From positions 1 through 28,368 of the forward strand of contig CAYUEO010000001.1 in NCBI GenBank assembly GCA_964443755.1: a stretch of 28,368 nucleotides of DNA, read 5' to 3'. Origin of the DNA: an uncultured Gammaproteobacteria bacterium. Its GTDB lineage: Bacteria; Patescibacteriota; Patescibacteriia; Patescibacteriales; UBA12465. Under the pieces are notes generated by a model. That model worked only from the letters and a program-made list of their open reading frames with translations. It had not been told where the DNA came from and did no database searches. The translations under genes and the position numbers were made by a program. This document shows, piece after piece, positions 1 to 9,320 of this stretch; position 1 is the stretch's first letter, and every line of letters starts with the position of its first letter.

Positions 1-610
1 TAGTACAATCATGGGGCACCCGTTATATGAAGTAGAATCTGGATCAATATTCTATGAGGGACGTGACATTACGCACTCTAAGCCTGAAGAGCGAGCTGCT
101 TTGGGTATTTTTATGAGTTTTCAAGCACCACCTGAAGTAGCTGGAGTAGATTTTTATCCATTTTTATTTGAAGCTTATAAATCTTTGTGTATTGCTAGAA
201 AAATTGAGCCAGATGATGTTTTTACCTTTAAACAAAGACTAGATGAACAATCAGCTAAGCTACAAGCAGACGGAGATTGGAGTAAGAGATATCTTAACAA
301 TGGTTTTTCTGGAGGAGAGAAGAAGAAGTCAGAAATGCTCCAGTTGGCCCTACTAAATCCAGATTTTGCAATATTTGATGAAATTGATTCTGGTTTAGAT
401 GTGGATGCCCTTAATATAGTGGGACGAGCGATTAAGGAGTTTTCTGACTCAGGTAAAAGCGCTCTAGTAGTTACGCATTATCAAAGAATTCTTAAGTTCA
501 TAAAAGCAAGCCAAGTGATTGTTCTAGTAAACGGTAAGATAGCGGTTGAGGGAGGCCCAGAACTAGCTAATCAATTGGAAGATCAGGGGTTTAATAATAT
601 TAACAGGTAA
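1..610 (+). CDS. sufC: Fe-S cluster assembly ABC-type ATPase SufC, 5' part outside the window
   Basis: The frame is open from base 2 (S-T-I-M-G-H-P, the segment just after Walker A), so the ATG at 11 is internal. Has the Q-loop FQAPPEVAGV, signature GFSGGEKKK, Walker B FDEIDSGLD and H-switch VTHY. Lies directly upstream of sufB. Confidence 0.95.
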   Translation, partial: STIMGHPLYEVESGSIFYEGRDITHSKPEERAALGIFMSFQAPPEVAGVDFYPFLFEAYKSLCIARKIEPDDVFTFKQRLDEQSAKLQADGDWSKRYLNNGFSGGEKKKSEMLQLALLNPDFAIFDEIDSGLDVDALNIVGRAIKEFSDSGKSALVVTHYQRILKFIKASQVIVLVNGKIAVEGGPELANQLEDQGFNNINR

Positions 611-612
611 AT

Positions 613-2031
613 ATGCCAATGCCCCCAGAAGCTCTGAATAATGGTCGTAGTCAGACACATGAATCAATGTGGAATGATTATAATGCTTCAGGTTATATGT
701 CTGGCACTAGAACTGGCGTTGATGCTGACCTAGTTCGTTTTATTTCCCAAGAAAAAAATGAACCAGATTGGATGTTAGCTACAAGGTTAGAGGCGCTAAA
801 AATATATTTATCTTTACCTATGCCAGCTTGGGGGCCGGATTTAAGCGGCTTACAGTTAGATAAAATTACTTATTACGCTAAAGCCTTAGATAAGCAAGCG
901 GAAAGCTGGGATGATGTGCCCGTTGATATTAGAAATACTTTTGATCGCCTTGGTATTCCGAAAGCTGAACAGGAAGTTTTGGCTGGTGTGGGAGCGCAGT
1001 ATGAATCAACAGTAATCTATCATAGTTTACGTGAGGAATGTAAGGCGCAAGGAGTAATTTTTGAAGACTTTGATATTGCCGTTCAAGAGCATGGTGACTT
1101 GGTCAAGAAATATTTTATGACCGGCATTTCGCCTCACTTGCACAAGTTTGCGGCTCTGCACGGCGCAGTCTTTAGCGGCGGAACTTTTTTGTATATACCA
1201 CGGGGAGCTAAAGTCGATATGCCACTTCAGGCTTATTTTCGGATGAACGCTAAAGGCATGGGGCAATTTGAACACACCCTTATTATAGTTGAGGAAGATG
1301 CTCAAGCCCATTATATAGAGGGATGCAGTGCGCCTCGTTATGGGGCAGATTCATTACATGCTGGAGCAGTAGAAATTTTTGTTGCAAAAAATTCACGATT
1401 TCGTTATAGCAGTGTAGAGAGCTGGAGTAAGGATGCTTATAATTTAAATACTAAAAGAGCTATTGTTAAAGAGGGAGGGCATATTGAATGGGTTGGAGGA
1501 AATTTTGGCAGTAATGTAACCATGCTTTATCCTTGTTCAGTTTTAGAAGGTCAAGGATCGAAAGCAGATCATTTAGGCGTAGCTTTTGCGGGTCAAGGAC
1601 AAATACAAGATACAGGCGCTAAAGTAATCCACCTGGCTCCAGATACCAGTTCTAATATTGTTATGAAAAGTATTTCTAAAGAAGGTGGTCGGTCTATATA
1701 TCGCGGACTAGTGGATATTGGACCAGGGGCTGAAAGGGCTGCCTCTAACACTCAGTGTGATGCTCTTATTTTAGATGAAAAATCAGCTTCAGATACTATT
1801 CCTCTTATTAAAGTAAAAAACCAGAGCGCTACTTTAGCTCACGAAGCTACGGCTGGGCGCTTGAATGAAAATGATATCTTCTATTTACAAAGCCGAGGTC
1901 TAAGTGAGGCTCAGGCTAGCGCGATGATTGTCAATGGTTTTATTGAACCGATTGTGAAAGAGTTGCCTATGGAGTATGCAGTGGAGATGAATAGAATGAT
2001 AGAGTTAGAAATGGAAGGAAGTGTAGGATAA
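613..2031 (+). CDS. sufB: Fe-S cluster assembly scaffold SufB
   Basis: Motifs GAQYES, FAALH, QAYFRMN, GQFEHTLII, YIEGCSAP, QCDALIL and AHEATAG, plus the C-terminal FYLQSRG...MEYAVEMNRMIELEMEGSVG. Confidence 0.97.
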   Translation: MPMPPEALNNGRSQTHESMWNDYNASGYMSGTRTGVDADLVRFISQEKNEPDWMLATRLEALKIYLSLPMPAWGPDLSGLQLDKITYYAKALDKQAESWDDVPVDIRNTFDRLGIPKAEQEVLAGVGAQYESTVIYHSLREECKAQGVIFEDFDIAVQEHGDLVKKYFMTGISPHLHKFAALHGAVFSGGTFLYIPRGAKVDMPLQAYFRMNAKGMGQFEHTLIIVEEDAQAHYIEGCSAPRYGADSLHAGAVEIFVAKNSRFRYSSVESWSKDAYNLNTKRAIVKEGGHIEWVGGNFGSNVTMLYPCSVLEGQGSKADHLGVAFAGQGQIQDTGAKVIHLAPDTSSNIVMKSISKEGGRSIYRGLVDIGPGAERAASNTQCDALILDEKSASDTIPLIKVKNQSATLAHEATAGRLNENDIFYLQSRGLSEAQASAMIVNGFIEPIVKELPMEYAVEMNRMIELEMEGSVG

Positions 2032-2038
2032 ATTATTT

Positions 2039-2782
2039 ATGGCAGAAATAATAGTACAAGCAAAAACTGAGCAGCTCACAATTTCTAACGGTGAGACGGT
2101 TTTTATTTTTGATAATTTAGCAGAAAATAAAGTTGCTAAATTAAAACTAGATATTGGTCAGGATTGTCGAGTAAAATATTTATTTTTATCTGCCGGAGAA
2201 AGCTTGGTAGAAGCAGAGCGTGATATTACTATTGGACCCCGAACTGTATTTGAAAGTTATCAAGCCTATTTAGGAACAACTAATCGCTTGATGAATTTTC
2301 ATAATCATATAAACGAACAGGTAAATATTAATCAAAGAGCGATATTTTTTTTAAAAGATAAACAGTCCCTGCGAGTAAACGACATACACACTTTTTTACA
2401 GCCAAAATCAAGCGGTACTTTTCGAGCCGAAGGCCTACTTGATGATGCGGCACAAATTGAATATTATTCTCAAGTAAATATCAAGCCTGAGGCCCAATTA
2501 ACTGATTGTCGGATTGATTTGAAGCTCAACCTTTTAGGTAAAGAGGCGCGGGGATTAATGCAACCTTCTTTATTTATAGCTGCTAATCAGGTTCAGGCTG
2601 GCCATGGGGCCAGTACCTTTAACTTAGATCAGGATCAGCTCTTTTATTTTAATGCCCGAGGCGTTACTGAAATTCAAGCCAAAATGTTGGCTGTTAAAGC
2701 GGCTTCAGATAGATTTATAAAGGCTATAGATCATAAACTAGGGCAAAAAACGATTCGTGATATAATAGACAATATATTATGA
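2039..2782 (+). CDS. sufD: SufD-family Fe-S assembly protein, shortened (247 aa)
   Basis: C-terminal QAGHGASTFNLDQDQLFYFNARGV matches the SufD A-H-G-A...LFY..xRG motif. Sits between sufB and sufS; the N-terminal half is divergent. Confidence 0.85.
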   Translation: MAEIIVQAKTEQLTISNGETVFIFDNLAENKVAKLKLDIGQDCRVKYLFLSAGESLVEAERDITIGPRTVFESYQAYLGTTNRLMNFHNHINEQVNINQRAIFFLKDKQSLRVNDIHTFLQPKSSGTFRAEGLLDDAAQIEYYSQVNIKPEAQLTDCRIDLKLNLLGKEARGLMQPSLFIAANQVQAGHGASTFNLDQDQLFYFNARGVTEIQAKMLAVKAASDRFIKAIDHKLGQKTIRDIIDNIL

Positions 2783-3984
2783 TCAGACAGGATTTTCCAA
2801 TTTTTAAAAAAAGATCCGGGAGTAAATCTCTCGTATATTTTGATAACGCCGCCAGTTTGCAAAAACCTCAGGCAGTAATCTCGGCAGTGACCAGTTTCTA
2901 CCAAAATAGTTATGCTAATATACACCGAGCCTTGTACCCTTTAGCCGAGGAGGCGACAAATCTTTATGAAAATGCTCGGCAGGTGGTGGCATCTTTTATT
3001 TCAGCTGACAGTGAAGAGATTATTTTTACTAAAGGAGCGACCGAATCAATAAATTTGGTGGCTCGGAGTTGGGGTGAGAGTAATTTGCGCCGAGGAGATA
3101 GAGTGGTTATTAGTTGGGCGGAACACCATGCTAATATTGTGCCTTGGCTGCAGCTTAAAGAAAAAATTGGTATTCGTTTAGAATATATTGATTTAAGGTC
3201 CGATGGATCGATTGATATGAAATCCGCTCTGGTTAAATTAAGTTTGCCTAGAGTTAAACTAATGTCAGTTACTCAGGTTTCAAATGTTTTAGGGATTATT
3301 AACCCAGTAGATAAATTGATTAGCTTGGCCAAGTCTAAGCAGATCATAACTTTAGTAGATGCTAGCCAGTCAATTGGGCATTTCCCCATTGATGTTAAAA
3401 AACTAGCTTGCGATTTCTTAGTTTTTAGCGGACATAAATTAGGCGGACCAACGGGTATTGGTGTTCTTTACGGCCGAAAAAATATTTTAGATAAATTGCC
3501 GCCATTTTTAGGTGGCGGGGACATGATTGAATCTGTTCGTTATAACGGATATACCCCAGCTCAAGTGCCAAGAAAGTTTGAAGCCGGTACGCCGCCTATT
3601 TCAGGGGCGATTGGTTTAGCGGCTGCTTGTAAATATATTAACCATATTGGTTGGAAAAAAATTTCTAAAATAGAAAAGGAATTGACTGAAAAGTTTTTTG
3701 AGGGCTTAGTTTCTCATAGTTACATTCGTCTTTTGGGTAACAATAAAGATAAGTTGCCAATTTTTTCTTTGATAATTGATAATGTGCATCCCCATGATGC
3801 GGCTGATTGGTTAGGCCAAGAAGGAATAGCGCTGCGGGCTGGGTTTCATTGTGCTCAGCCGCTACACAAATATTATAATATTTCGGCCACTTTACGGGCT
3901 AGTTTATCTTTTTATAACTCAAAATCTGAAATAGATTATTTTTTCAAAAAGATAGCGGCGCTTCATAAATATTTTACTAAATAA
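2779..3984 (+). CDS. sufS: Group II cysteine desulfurase SufS
   Basis: Motifs YFDNAAS, EHHANIVPW, PLP-lysine SGHK, KFEAGTP, VHPHD and catalytic RAGFHCAQP. Start overlaps the sufD stop (ATGA). Confidence 0.95.
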   Translation: MIRQDFPIFKKRSGSKSLVYFDNAASLQKPQAVISAVTSFYQNSYANIHRALYPLAEEATNLYENARQVVASFISADSEEIIFTKGATESINLVARSWGESNLRRGDRVVISWAEHHANIVPWLQLKEKIGIRLEYIDLRSDGSIDMKSALVKLSLPRVKLMSVTQVSNVLGIINPVDKLISLAKSKQIITLVDASQSIGHFPIDVKKLACDFLVFSGHKLGGPTGIGVLYGRKNILDKLPPFLGGGDMIESVRYNGYTPAQVPRKFEAGTPPISGAIGLAAACKYINHIGWKKISKIEKELTEKFFEGLVSHSYIRLLGNNKDKLPIFSLIIDNVHPHDAADWLGQEGIALRAGFHCAQPLHKYYNISATLRASLSFYNSKSEIDYFFKKIAALHKYFTK

Positions 3985-3987
3985 ATT

Positions 3988-4353
3988 ATGGATATTTGGG
4001 CTGCTAATATAATGGATCATTATCGTCACCCTAGAAATACCGGCCAGATCAAGTCTCCGGATTTTAAAGCAGATGGCGCAAATACTTCTTGTGGTGATTT
4101 AATAAGTGTCAGTCTTAGTCTAGAAAATGAGCGTATTAGTAAGATAAGATTTATCTCTCAGGGCTGCGCAATTTCTCAGGCGGCTATGTCTATATTATCA
4201 GATGCTCTTATCGGTCACTCTATTAATGAGGTTGGGGCATATGGCTTAGATTTTGTAGAAAAAAATATTGGCATTAAGGTTAGCGACAGACGGCAAAACT
4301 GCGCTTTATTAGGCCTAAGGACGATTCAAAAGGCTATTAGTAATAAAATATGA
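3988..4353 (+). CDS. sufU: SufU/IscU-type sulfur-transfer or scaffold protein
   Basis: DHYRHPRN, SCGD, GCAISQA and RRQNCALL give three conserved Cys plus the Asp. No LPPVK motif. Follows sufS. Confidence 0.9.
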   Translation: MDIWAANIMDHYRHPRNTGQIKSPDFKADGANTSCGDLISVSLSLENERISKIRFISQGCAISQAAMSILSDALIGHSINEVGAYGLDFVEKNIGIKVSDRRQNCALLGLRTIQKAISNKI

Positions 4354-6185
4354 GCGGTATTTTTAGTTTAAAATCAGATTTTTTACCAGCTGGCGATCAA
4401 CCAGCGGCGATTAATAAGCTTCAATCCGGACTGAAGCAGGGTTTAAGATACCAAACTTTATTAGGAGTAACCGGTTCAGGAAAAACTTTTACGATTGCCA
4501 ATATTATTAAAGATTTAGATGGTCCAGTTTTAATCATGGCTCCAAATAAAGTTTTAGCGGCTCAACTTTATCGTGAGTATAAAAATTTTTTTCCCGATAA
4601 CGCTGTTCATTACTTTGTCTCTTATTATGATTATTATCAACCCGAGGCTTATCTACCTATTACTGATACATATATTGATAAAGAGGCCATGATTAATCAA
4701 GAAATTGATAGACTGCGCCACGGAGCAACCTCAGCTTTATCTACTAGACGTGATGTTATTGTAGTAGCGTCAGTATCTTGTATATATAATTTGGGTGTAC
4801 CTAATACTTATCTTGAGGCACGGATGGTTCTAGAAAAAGGCAAGACTATGGTGAGGACTGATTTGATTAAGCAATTAGTCAATATGCAGTTTAAGAGAGC
4901 CACTGGTGATATCAAAAGAGGGGAGTTTCGGGTTCGGGGCGATGTATTTGAAATTAGACCAATGTCGGAAAATATTATTTATCGCTTAGAATTATCTGAT
5001 CAAAAAATTACGGATTTGATGATGGTTGATAATGTTTCAAAAAATATTTTAGGTCACTTAGAGGAGATAGCGATTTTTCCGCCTAAACATTTTGTATCAA
5101 CAGTCCCTCAAATTGAAGCAGCTATTAAAAATATTCAGGCGGAGTTACGCGATAGGTTGTCATACTTTCGTAAAGAAGGTTTGCTACTTGAAGCTGAGCG
5201 CTTGGAGCGTAGAACTCGCTATGATATAGAAATGTTACGTTCTTTGGGTTACTGTCATGGCATTGAAAACTACTCCCGACATTTAACCGGGAAGTTGGCC
5301 GGCGAGTCGCCTGATTCTTTATTAGCTTATTTCCCGTGGAAGGATGGCCGGCCTGATTTTTTAACCATTATTGATGAATCTCATATCGCCGTACCACAGG
5401 TGCGCGGGATGTATAATGGAGATCAAGCTCGTAAAAAAACTTTGGTGCAATATGGTTGGCGCTTGCCGTCTGCAATGGATAATCGTCCGCTTAAATTTAG
5501 TGAGTTTGAGAAACGAATTGGACAAGTTATATTTACCACGGCCACCCCAGCTGAGTTCGAGACTAAAAATTCTGAGCAAGTAGTAGAACAGGTTATTAGA
5601 CCAACCGGATTAGTTGATCCAGAGATTGAAATTAGACCAGTGTTTGATAAGCAAAAAAATTATAGTCAGATTAACGATGTCATGGCTGAAGTTAAAGTAA
5701 TCGCTGCTTTAGGACAGCGAGCTATTGTTAATACTTTAACTAAAAAGCAAGCTGAGGATTTACATGCTTTTCTAACCGAACAAGGATTTAAAAGTAATTA
5801 TCTTCATTCCGATGTTAAGACGTTTGCCAGAACTGAAATCTTAATGAATTTTAGAGAAGGGAAGTTCGATGTATTAATTGGGGTTAATCTTTTGCGAGAG
5901 GGCCTGGATTTACCCGAAGTGACCTTAGTGGCAATCTTGGATGCTGATCGGGAGGGTTTCTTGCGTAGTCAGACATCACTTATGCAAACGATGGGCCGGG
6001 CAGCGCGAAATGTGAGCGGTAGAATAATCTTATATGCCGATCATGAAACTGACTCTATGCGTAAAGCTATTAAAGAAGCTGAGCGTCGTCGTACAAAACA
6101 ATTAGCTTATAATAAAAAGCACAACATTGTGCCTCAGACAATATTTAAAAAAATCGAGGACTTTCTTGATGCCACTCAAGAATAA
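4350..6185 (+). CDS. uvrB: Excinuclease ABC subunit B, lacking the C-terminal UVR domain
   Basis: Walker A GVTGSGKT, beta-hairpin YFVSYYDYYQPEAY, DESH, NLLREGLDLPEV and QTMGRAARN. Ends at 611 aa with no UVR coiled coil. Confidence 0.97.
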   Translation: MSGIFSLKSDFLPAGDQPAAINKLQSGLKQGLRYQTLLGVTGSGKTFTIANIIKDLDGPVLIMAPNKVLAAQLYREYKNFFPDNAVHYFVSYYDYYQPEAYLPITDTYIDKEAMINQEIDRLRHGATSALSTRRDVIVVASVSCIYNLGVPNTYLEARMVLEKGKTMVRTDLIKQLVNMQFKRATGDIKRGEFRVRGDVFEIRPMSENIIYRLELSDQKITDLMMVDNVSKNILGHLEEIAIFPPKHFVSTVPQIEAAIKNIQAELRDRLSYFRKEGLLLEAERLERRTRYDIEMLRSLGYCHGIENYSRHLTGKLAGESPDSLLAYFPWKDGRPDFLTIIDESHIAVPQVRGMYNGDQARKKTLVQYGWRLPSAMDNRPLKFSEFEKRIGQVIFTTATPAEFETKNSEQVVEQVIRPTGLVDPEIEIRPVFDKQKNYSQINDVMAEVKVIAALGQRAIVNTLTKKQAEDLHAFLTEQGFKSNYLHSDVKTFARTEILMNFREGKFDVLIGVNLLREGLDLPEVTLVAILDADREGFLRSQTSLMQTMGRAARNVSGRIILYADHETDSMRKAIKEAERRRTKQLAYNKKHNIVPQTIFKKIEDFLDATQE

Positions 6186-6193
6186 AAAATAAT

Positions 6194-6775
6194 ATGTATA
6201 CAGAATTTGAAGCTACATTTGCAAACGTCAGTCAAGCTGAAGCTAGAAAGCGCTTGGTTAAAGCTGGGGCAAAACTAGTGAAGCCTGAGTTTCTTATGAA
6301 AAGAATAACTTTTAATTTGCCGGTTGGAAATGAATTATCAGGCGGATGGTTGCGTGTTAGAGATGAAGGCGATCAAATAACTATGAGCTTAAAAATAATT
6401 GACGGAAAAAATATTACAGACCAAAGAGAAATATGTCTGAAAGTAGACGATTTTAATCAAGCGGTTGAACTATTAGAGTTTATGGGAGCGCGCCGAAAAG
6501 CCTATCAAGAAAGTCGACGTGAAATTTGGCATTTGAATAATGTGGAAATATGTCTGGATGAGTGGCCATATCTTGAGCCGTTTGTAGAGGTTGAGGGTCA
6601 AGGTGAGGCGGAAGTTAAGGATGTGAGTCAAAAATTAGGCTTTGATTATAATCAGGCGCAGTTCGGTGCAGTTAGCTTATTATATAATAAAAAGTATAGC
6701 TTGTCAGAGGATGAAATAAATAATAATATAGCACGAATTACCTTTGATGAGCCAAATCCTTTCAGGCAGCGATAA
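6194..6775 (+). CDS. CYTH-domain protein (class IV adenylate cyclase / triphosphate tunnel metalloenzyme family)
   Basis: N-terminal EFEATF (ExExK-like), WLRVRDEG, ITMSLK, REICLKVDD, RREIW and FVEVEG. Substrate cannot be determined from sequence. Confidence 0.85.
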   Translation: MYTEFEATFANVSQAEARKRLVKAGAKLVKPEFLMKRITFNLPVGNELSGGWLRVRDEGDQITMSLKIIDGKNITDQREICLKVDDFNQAVELLEFMGARRKAYQESRREIWHLNNVEICLDEWPYLEPFVEVEGQGEAEVKDVSQKLGFDYNQAQFGAVSLLYNKKYSLSEDEINNNIARITFDEPNPFRQR

Positions 6776-6779
6776 TTTT

Positions 6780-9299
6780 ATGGCAAATAATAATCGTAAT
6801 AAAATTATCATTCGCGGAGCGCGGATGCATAATTTGAAAAATATAAATTTAGAGATTCCGCATAACCAGTTAACGGTCATTACTGGTGTTTCAGGTAGCG
6901 GCAAGTCTTCCTTAGCTTTTGACACCATCTTTGCTGAAGGTCAACGTCAATATGTTGAATCCCTCTCGCCATATATGCGTCAATTTCTGGGCCAGAAAAA
7001 ACCAGCTGATGTTGATGAGATAATTGGTTTAGCGCCGGCTATTTCTATTGACCAAAAGGCTTTATCTCACAATCCTCGCTCGACAGTTGGTACTCTGACA
7101 GACATATACGACTATCTTAGAGTTCTTTATGCTCGAGTTGGGGAAGTTTTTTGTCCTTTATGTGGCACTAAAATACAGAAACTGACCGTTGAAGAAATGG
7201 TAGACATTATTATTAATCGTGGTAAAGAATTTGGTGATGAGTACGTCACGATTTTATCACCTCTAGTTCGTGGTCGCAAAGGGGAGTATTATCAACTGCT
7301 ATATAATTTTCTGTCTTTAGGTTATTCCGAGGCTAGAATAGATGGTAAAATTCATTCTTTGCGTGAACAGGTTAAACTTGAACCTAAAAAACAGCATGAC
7401 ATTGAATTAGTAATTGATAAAATACTTTTAAGCGATGATTCTAGACTTTTTGAGGCAGTTGAGAATTCTTTAGAATATAGCAAGGGGTTACTTATCGCTC
7501 AGTTTTCCAAACAAGAATTTTTATTATCAGCTAATTGGACTTGTCCTAATGATGGCTTTTCTTTTCCTGAAGTTGAGCCCCGTTTATTTTCGTTTAACTC
7601 GCCTCATGGGGCTTGTTCGGAATGCTCCGGATTAGGACGTAAAGATTTCTTCTCACATGAAATTTGCCCGGCTTGCCGAGGTCAGCGTCTGCGCCCAGAA
7701 GCTTTATCAGTTCGGGTATCTAATAAAAGCATCGCTGAGGTAACGTCTTTACCACTGACTAAGACTTTAGACTTCTTTAATAAATATTACGAGCAGATGA
7801 CTAAGAGGGATCTGACTATAGCTGAGAATGTGATTGTCCAGATTATTAGTAGACTAGAATTTTTATTGAAGGTCGGCCTTAACTATTTATCTTTAGATAG
7901 GGAAGCACACACTCTTTCTGGCGGCGAAGCTCAACGTATTCGTTTATCTTCTCAAATAGGTTCTCATTTATCACGAACTCTTTATGTTCTTGATGAGCCT
8001 ACTATTGGTTTACACGAAAGGGATACGGAGCGCTTAATAGAAACTCTTAAGAAGTTACGTGATAAAGACAATACAGTTGTGATAGTAGAGCATGATGAGC
8101 GCACTATTATTGAATCGGATTATTTAGTAGATTTGGGCCCCTTGGCTGGTGTACATGGCGGAGAGGTGATGGCCGCTGGGGAAACTAAAGAGCTTCTAAA
8201 ATCTAAAAAGAAAGAGACGACCACTAAATCCATGACTCTTCAGTATTTAAAAGGGGAGAGAAAAATTCAAATACCTAATAAGCGTCGCGAGCAAAATCAT
8301 GGCGCCCTTAAGATAGTTGGGGCTCGAGCTAACAATTTAAAGAATATAAAATTAGAGATTCCTTTGGGTAGGTTAGTGGGAATTAGCGGTGTATCTGGTA
8401 GCGGTAAATCGTCCTTACTTTACGATATAATTTATCGCAATATTACTAAGATTAAAAACCGGCCGGGCCAAGCTAAATTGGAAGATGTTAAAGAAATTAA
8501 GGGGGTAGAATATATTAATAGAGTAGTAGTAATTGATCAGTCACCGATTGGTCGGACGCCACGGTCTAATCCGGCTACATATACCGGTATTTTCACGCCA
8601 ATTAGAGATTTTTTTGCTTCTTTACCAGAAGCTAGGGAAAGAGGGTATACAATATCAAGATTCTCATTTAATCGTCCTGGTGGGCGTTGTGAAGCCTGTC
8701 AGGGAGCCGGTGCTAACTTGATCGAGATGCATTTTCTCCCACCAGTTTTGGTTGAGTGTGAAGTTTGTCGCGGTAAACGTTTTAATCGTGAAACCTTACA
8801 GGTTAAGTATAAGGGCAAGAACATTGCTGACATATTGGATCTCACCATTGATGAAGCTATCGATCATTTTCAGGGTAACTATTACATAACTGATAAGCTC
8901 TTAGTGTTACAATCGGTTGGTTTAGGGTATATCAAGATTGGTCAAAGCGCCACTACTTTGTCTGGAGGTGAGGCGCAGCGCGTTAAGATTGCTAAAGAAT
9001 TAACTCACACTCTAGGGAAGCGAACCTTGTATCTTTTAGATGAGCCGACCACTGGGCTGCACTATTATGATATTGATATGTTGTTAGGAGTTTTAAATAA
9101 GCTGGTTGAAAAAGGGAATTCCGTGTTTGTGATTGAACATAATATGCATATGCTAAAATCCATGGACTATATTATTGATCTTGGCCCAGATGGTGGAGAC
9201 GATGGTGGTAGATTAGTGGCGGCTGGCGCACCGGAAGATATAGTTAGAGAACCAAATAGCGTAACCGGAAGTTATTTAAAGCCTTTTTTAAAGAAATAA
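6780..9299 (+). CDS. uvrA: Excinuclease ABC subunit A, insertion domain missing
   Basis: Two GVSGSGKSS Walker A motifs, two LSGGEAQR signatures, LDEPT twice, and Zn-binding Cys pairs. Start moved from 6744 to the ATG at 6780 (MANNNRNKIIIRGARMHNLKNI), which removes the overlap with CYTH. Confidence 0.97.
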   Translation: MANNNRNKIIIRGARMHNLKNINLEIPHNQLTVITGVSGSGKSSLAFDTIFAEGQRQYVESLSPYMRQFLGQKKPADVDEIIGLAPAISIDQKALSHNPRSTVGTLTDIYDYLRVLYARVGEVFCPLCGTKIQKLTVEEMVDIIINRGKEFGDEYVTILSPLVRGRKGEYYQLLYNFLSLGYSEARIDGKIHSLREQVKLEPKKQHDIELVIDKILLSDDSRLFEAVENSLEYSKGLLIAQFSKQEFLLSANWTCPNDGFSFPEVEPRLFSFNSPHGACSECSGLGRKDFFSHEICPACRGQRLRPEALSVRVSNKSIAEVTSLPLTKTLDFFNKYYEQMTKRDLTIAENVIVQIISRLEFLLKVGLNYLSLDREAHTLSGGEAQRIRLSSQIGSHLSRTLYVLDEPTIGLHERDTERLIETLKKLRDKDNTVVIVEHDERTIIESDYLVDLGPLAGVHGGEVMAAGETKELLKSKKKETTTKSMTLQYLKGERKIQIPNKRREQNHGALKIVGARANNLKNIKLEIPLGRLVGISGVSGSGKSSLLYDIIYRNITKIKNRPGQAKLEDVKEIKGVEYINRVVVIDQSPIGRTPRSNPATYTGIFTPIRDFFASLPEARERGYTISRFSFNRPGGRCEACQGAGANLIEMHFLPPVLVECEVCRGKRFNRETLQVKYKGKNIADILDLTIDEAIDHFQGNYYITDKLLVLQSVGLGYIKIGQSATTLSGGEAQRVKIAKELTHTLGKRTLYLLDEPTTGLHYYDIDMLLGVLNKLVEKGNSVFVIEHNMHMLKSMDYIIDLGPDGGDDGGRLVAAGAPEDIVREPNSVTGSYLKPFLKK

Positions 9300-9320
9300 A
9301 GTTCTAGCTCTTAAATAGGA

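Noticed and set aside
1027-1311. 94 aa minus-strand ORF
   Set aside because: Entirely antisense to sufB, with no motif; a shadow ORF.
2731-2925. 64 aa minus-strand ORF
   Set aside because: Antisense to the sufD/sufS junction, with no recognisable features.
4300-4350. LexA/SOS box upstream of the uvr genes
   Set aside because: No intergenic space, and no CTGT-N8-ACAG or GAAC-N4-GTTC seen there. The operon promoter is outside the window.
5361-5583. Two short ORFs (5361-5579 minus, 5371-5583 plus)
   Set aside because: Both lie inside uvrB helicase motifs in other frames.
6704-6928. 74 aa minus-strand ORF
   Set aside because: Antisense to the CYTH/uvrA junction.
8533-8721. 62 aa plus-strand ORF
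   Set aside because: Alternative frame within conserved uvrA sequence.
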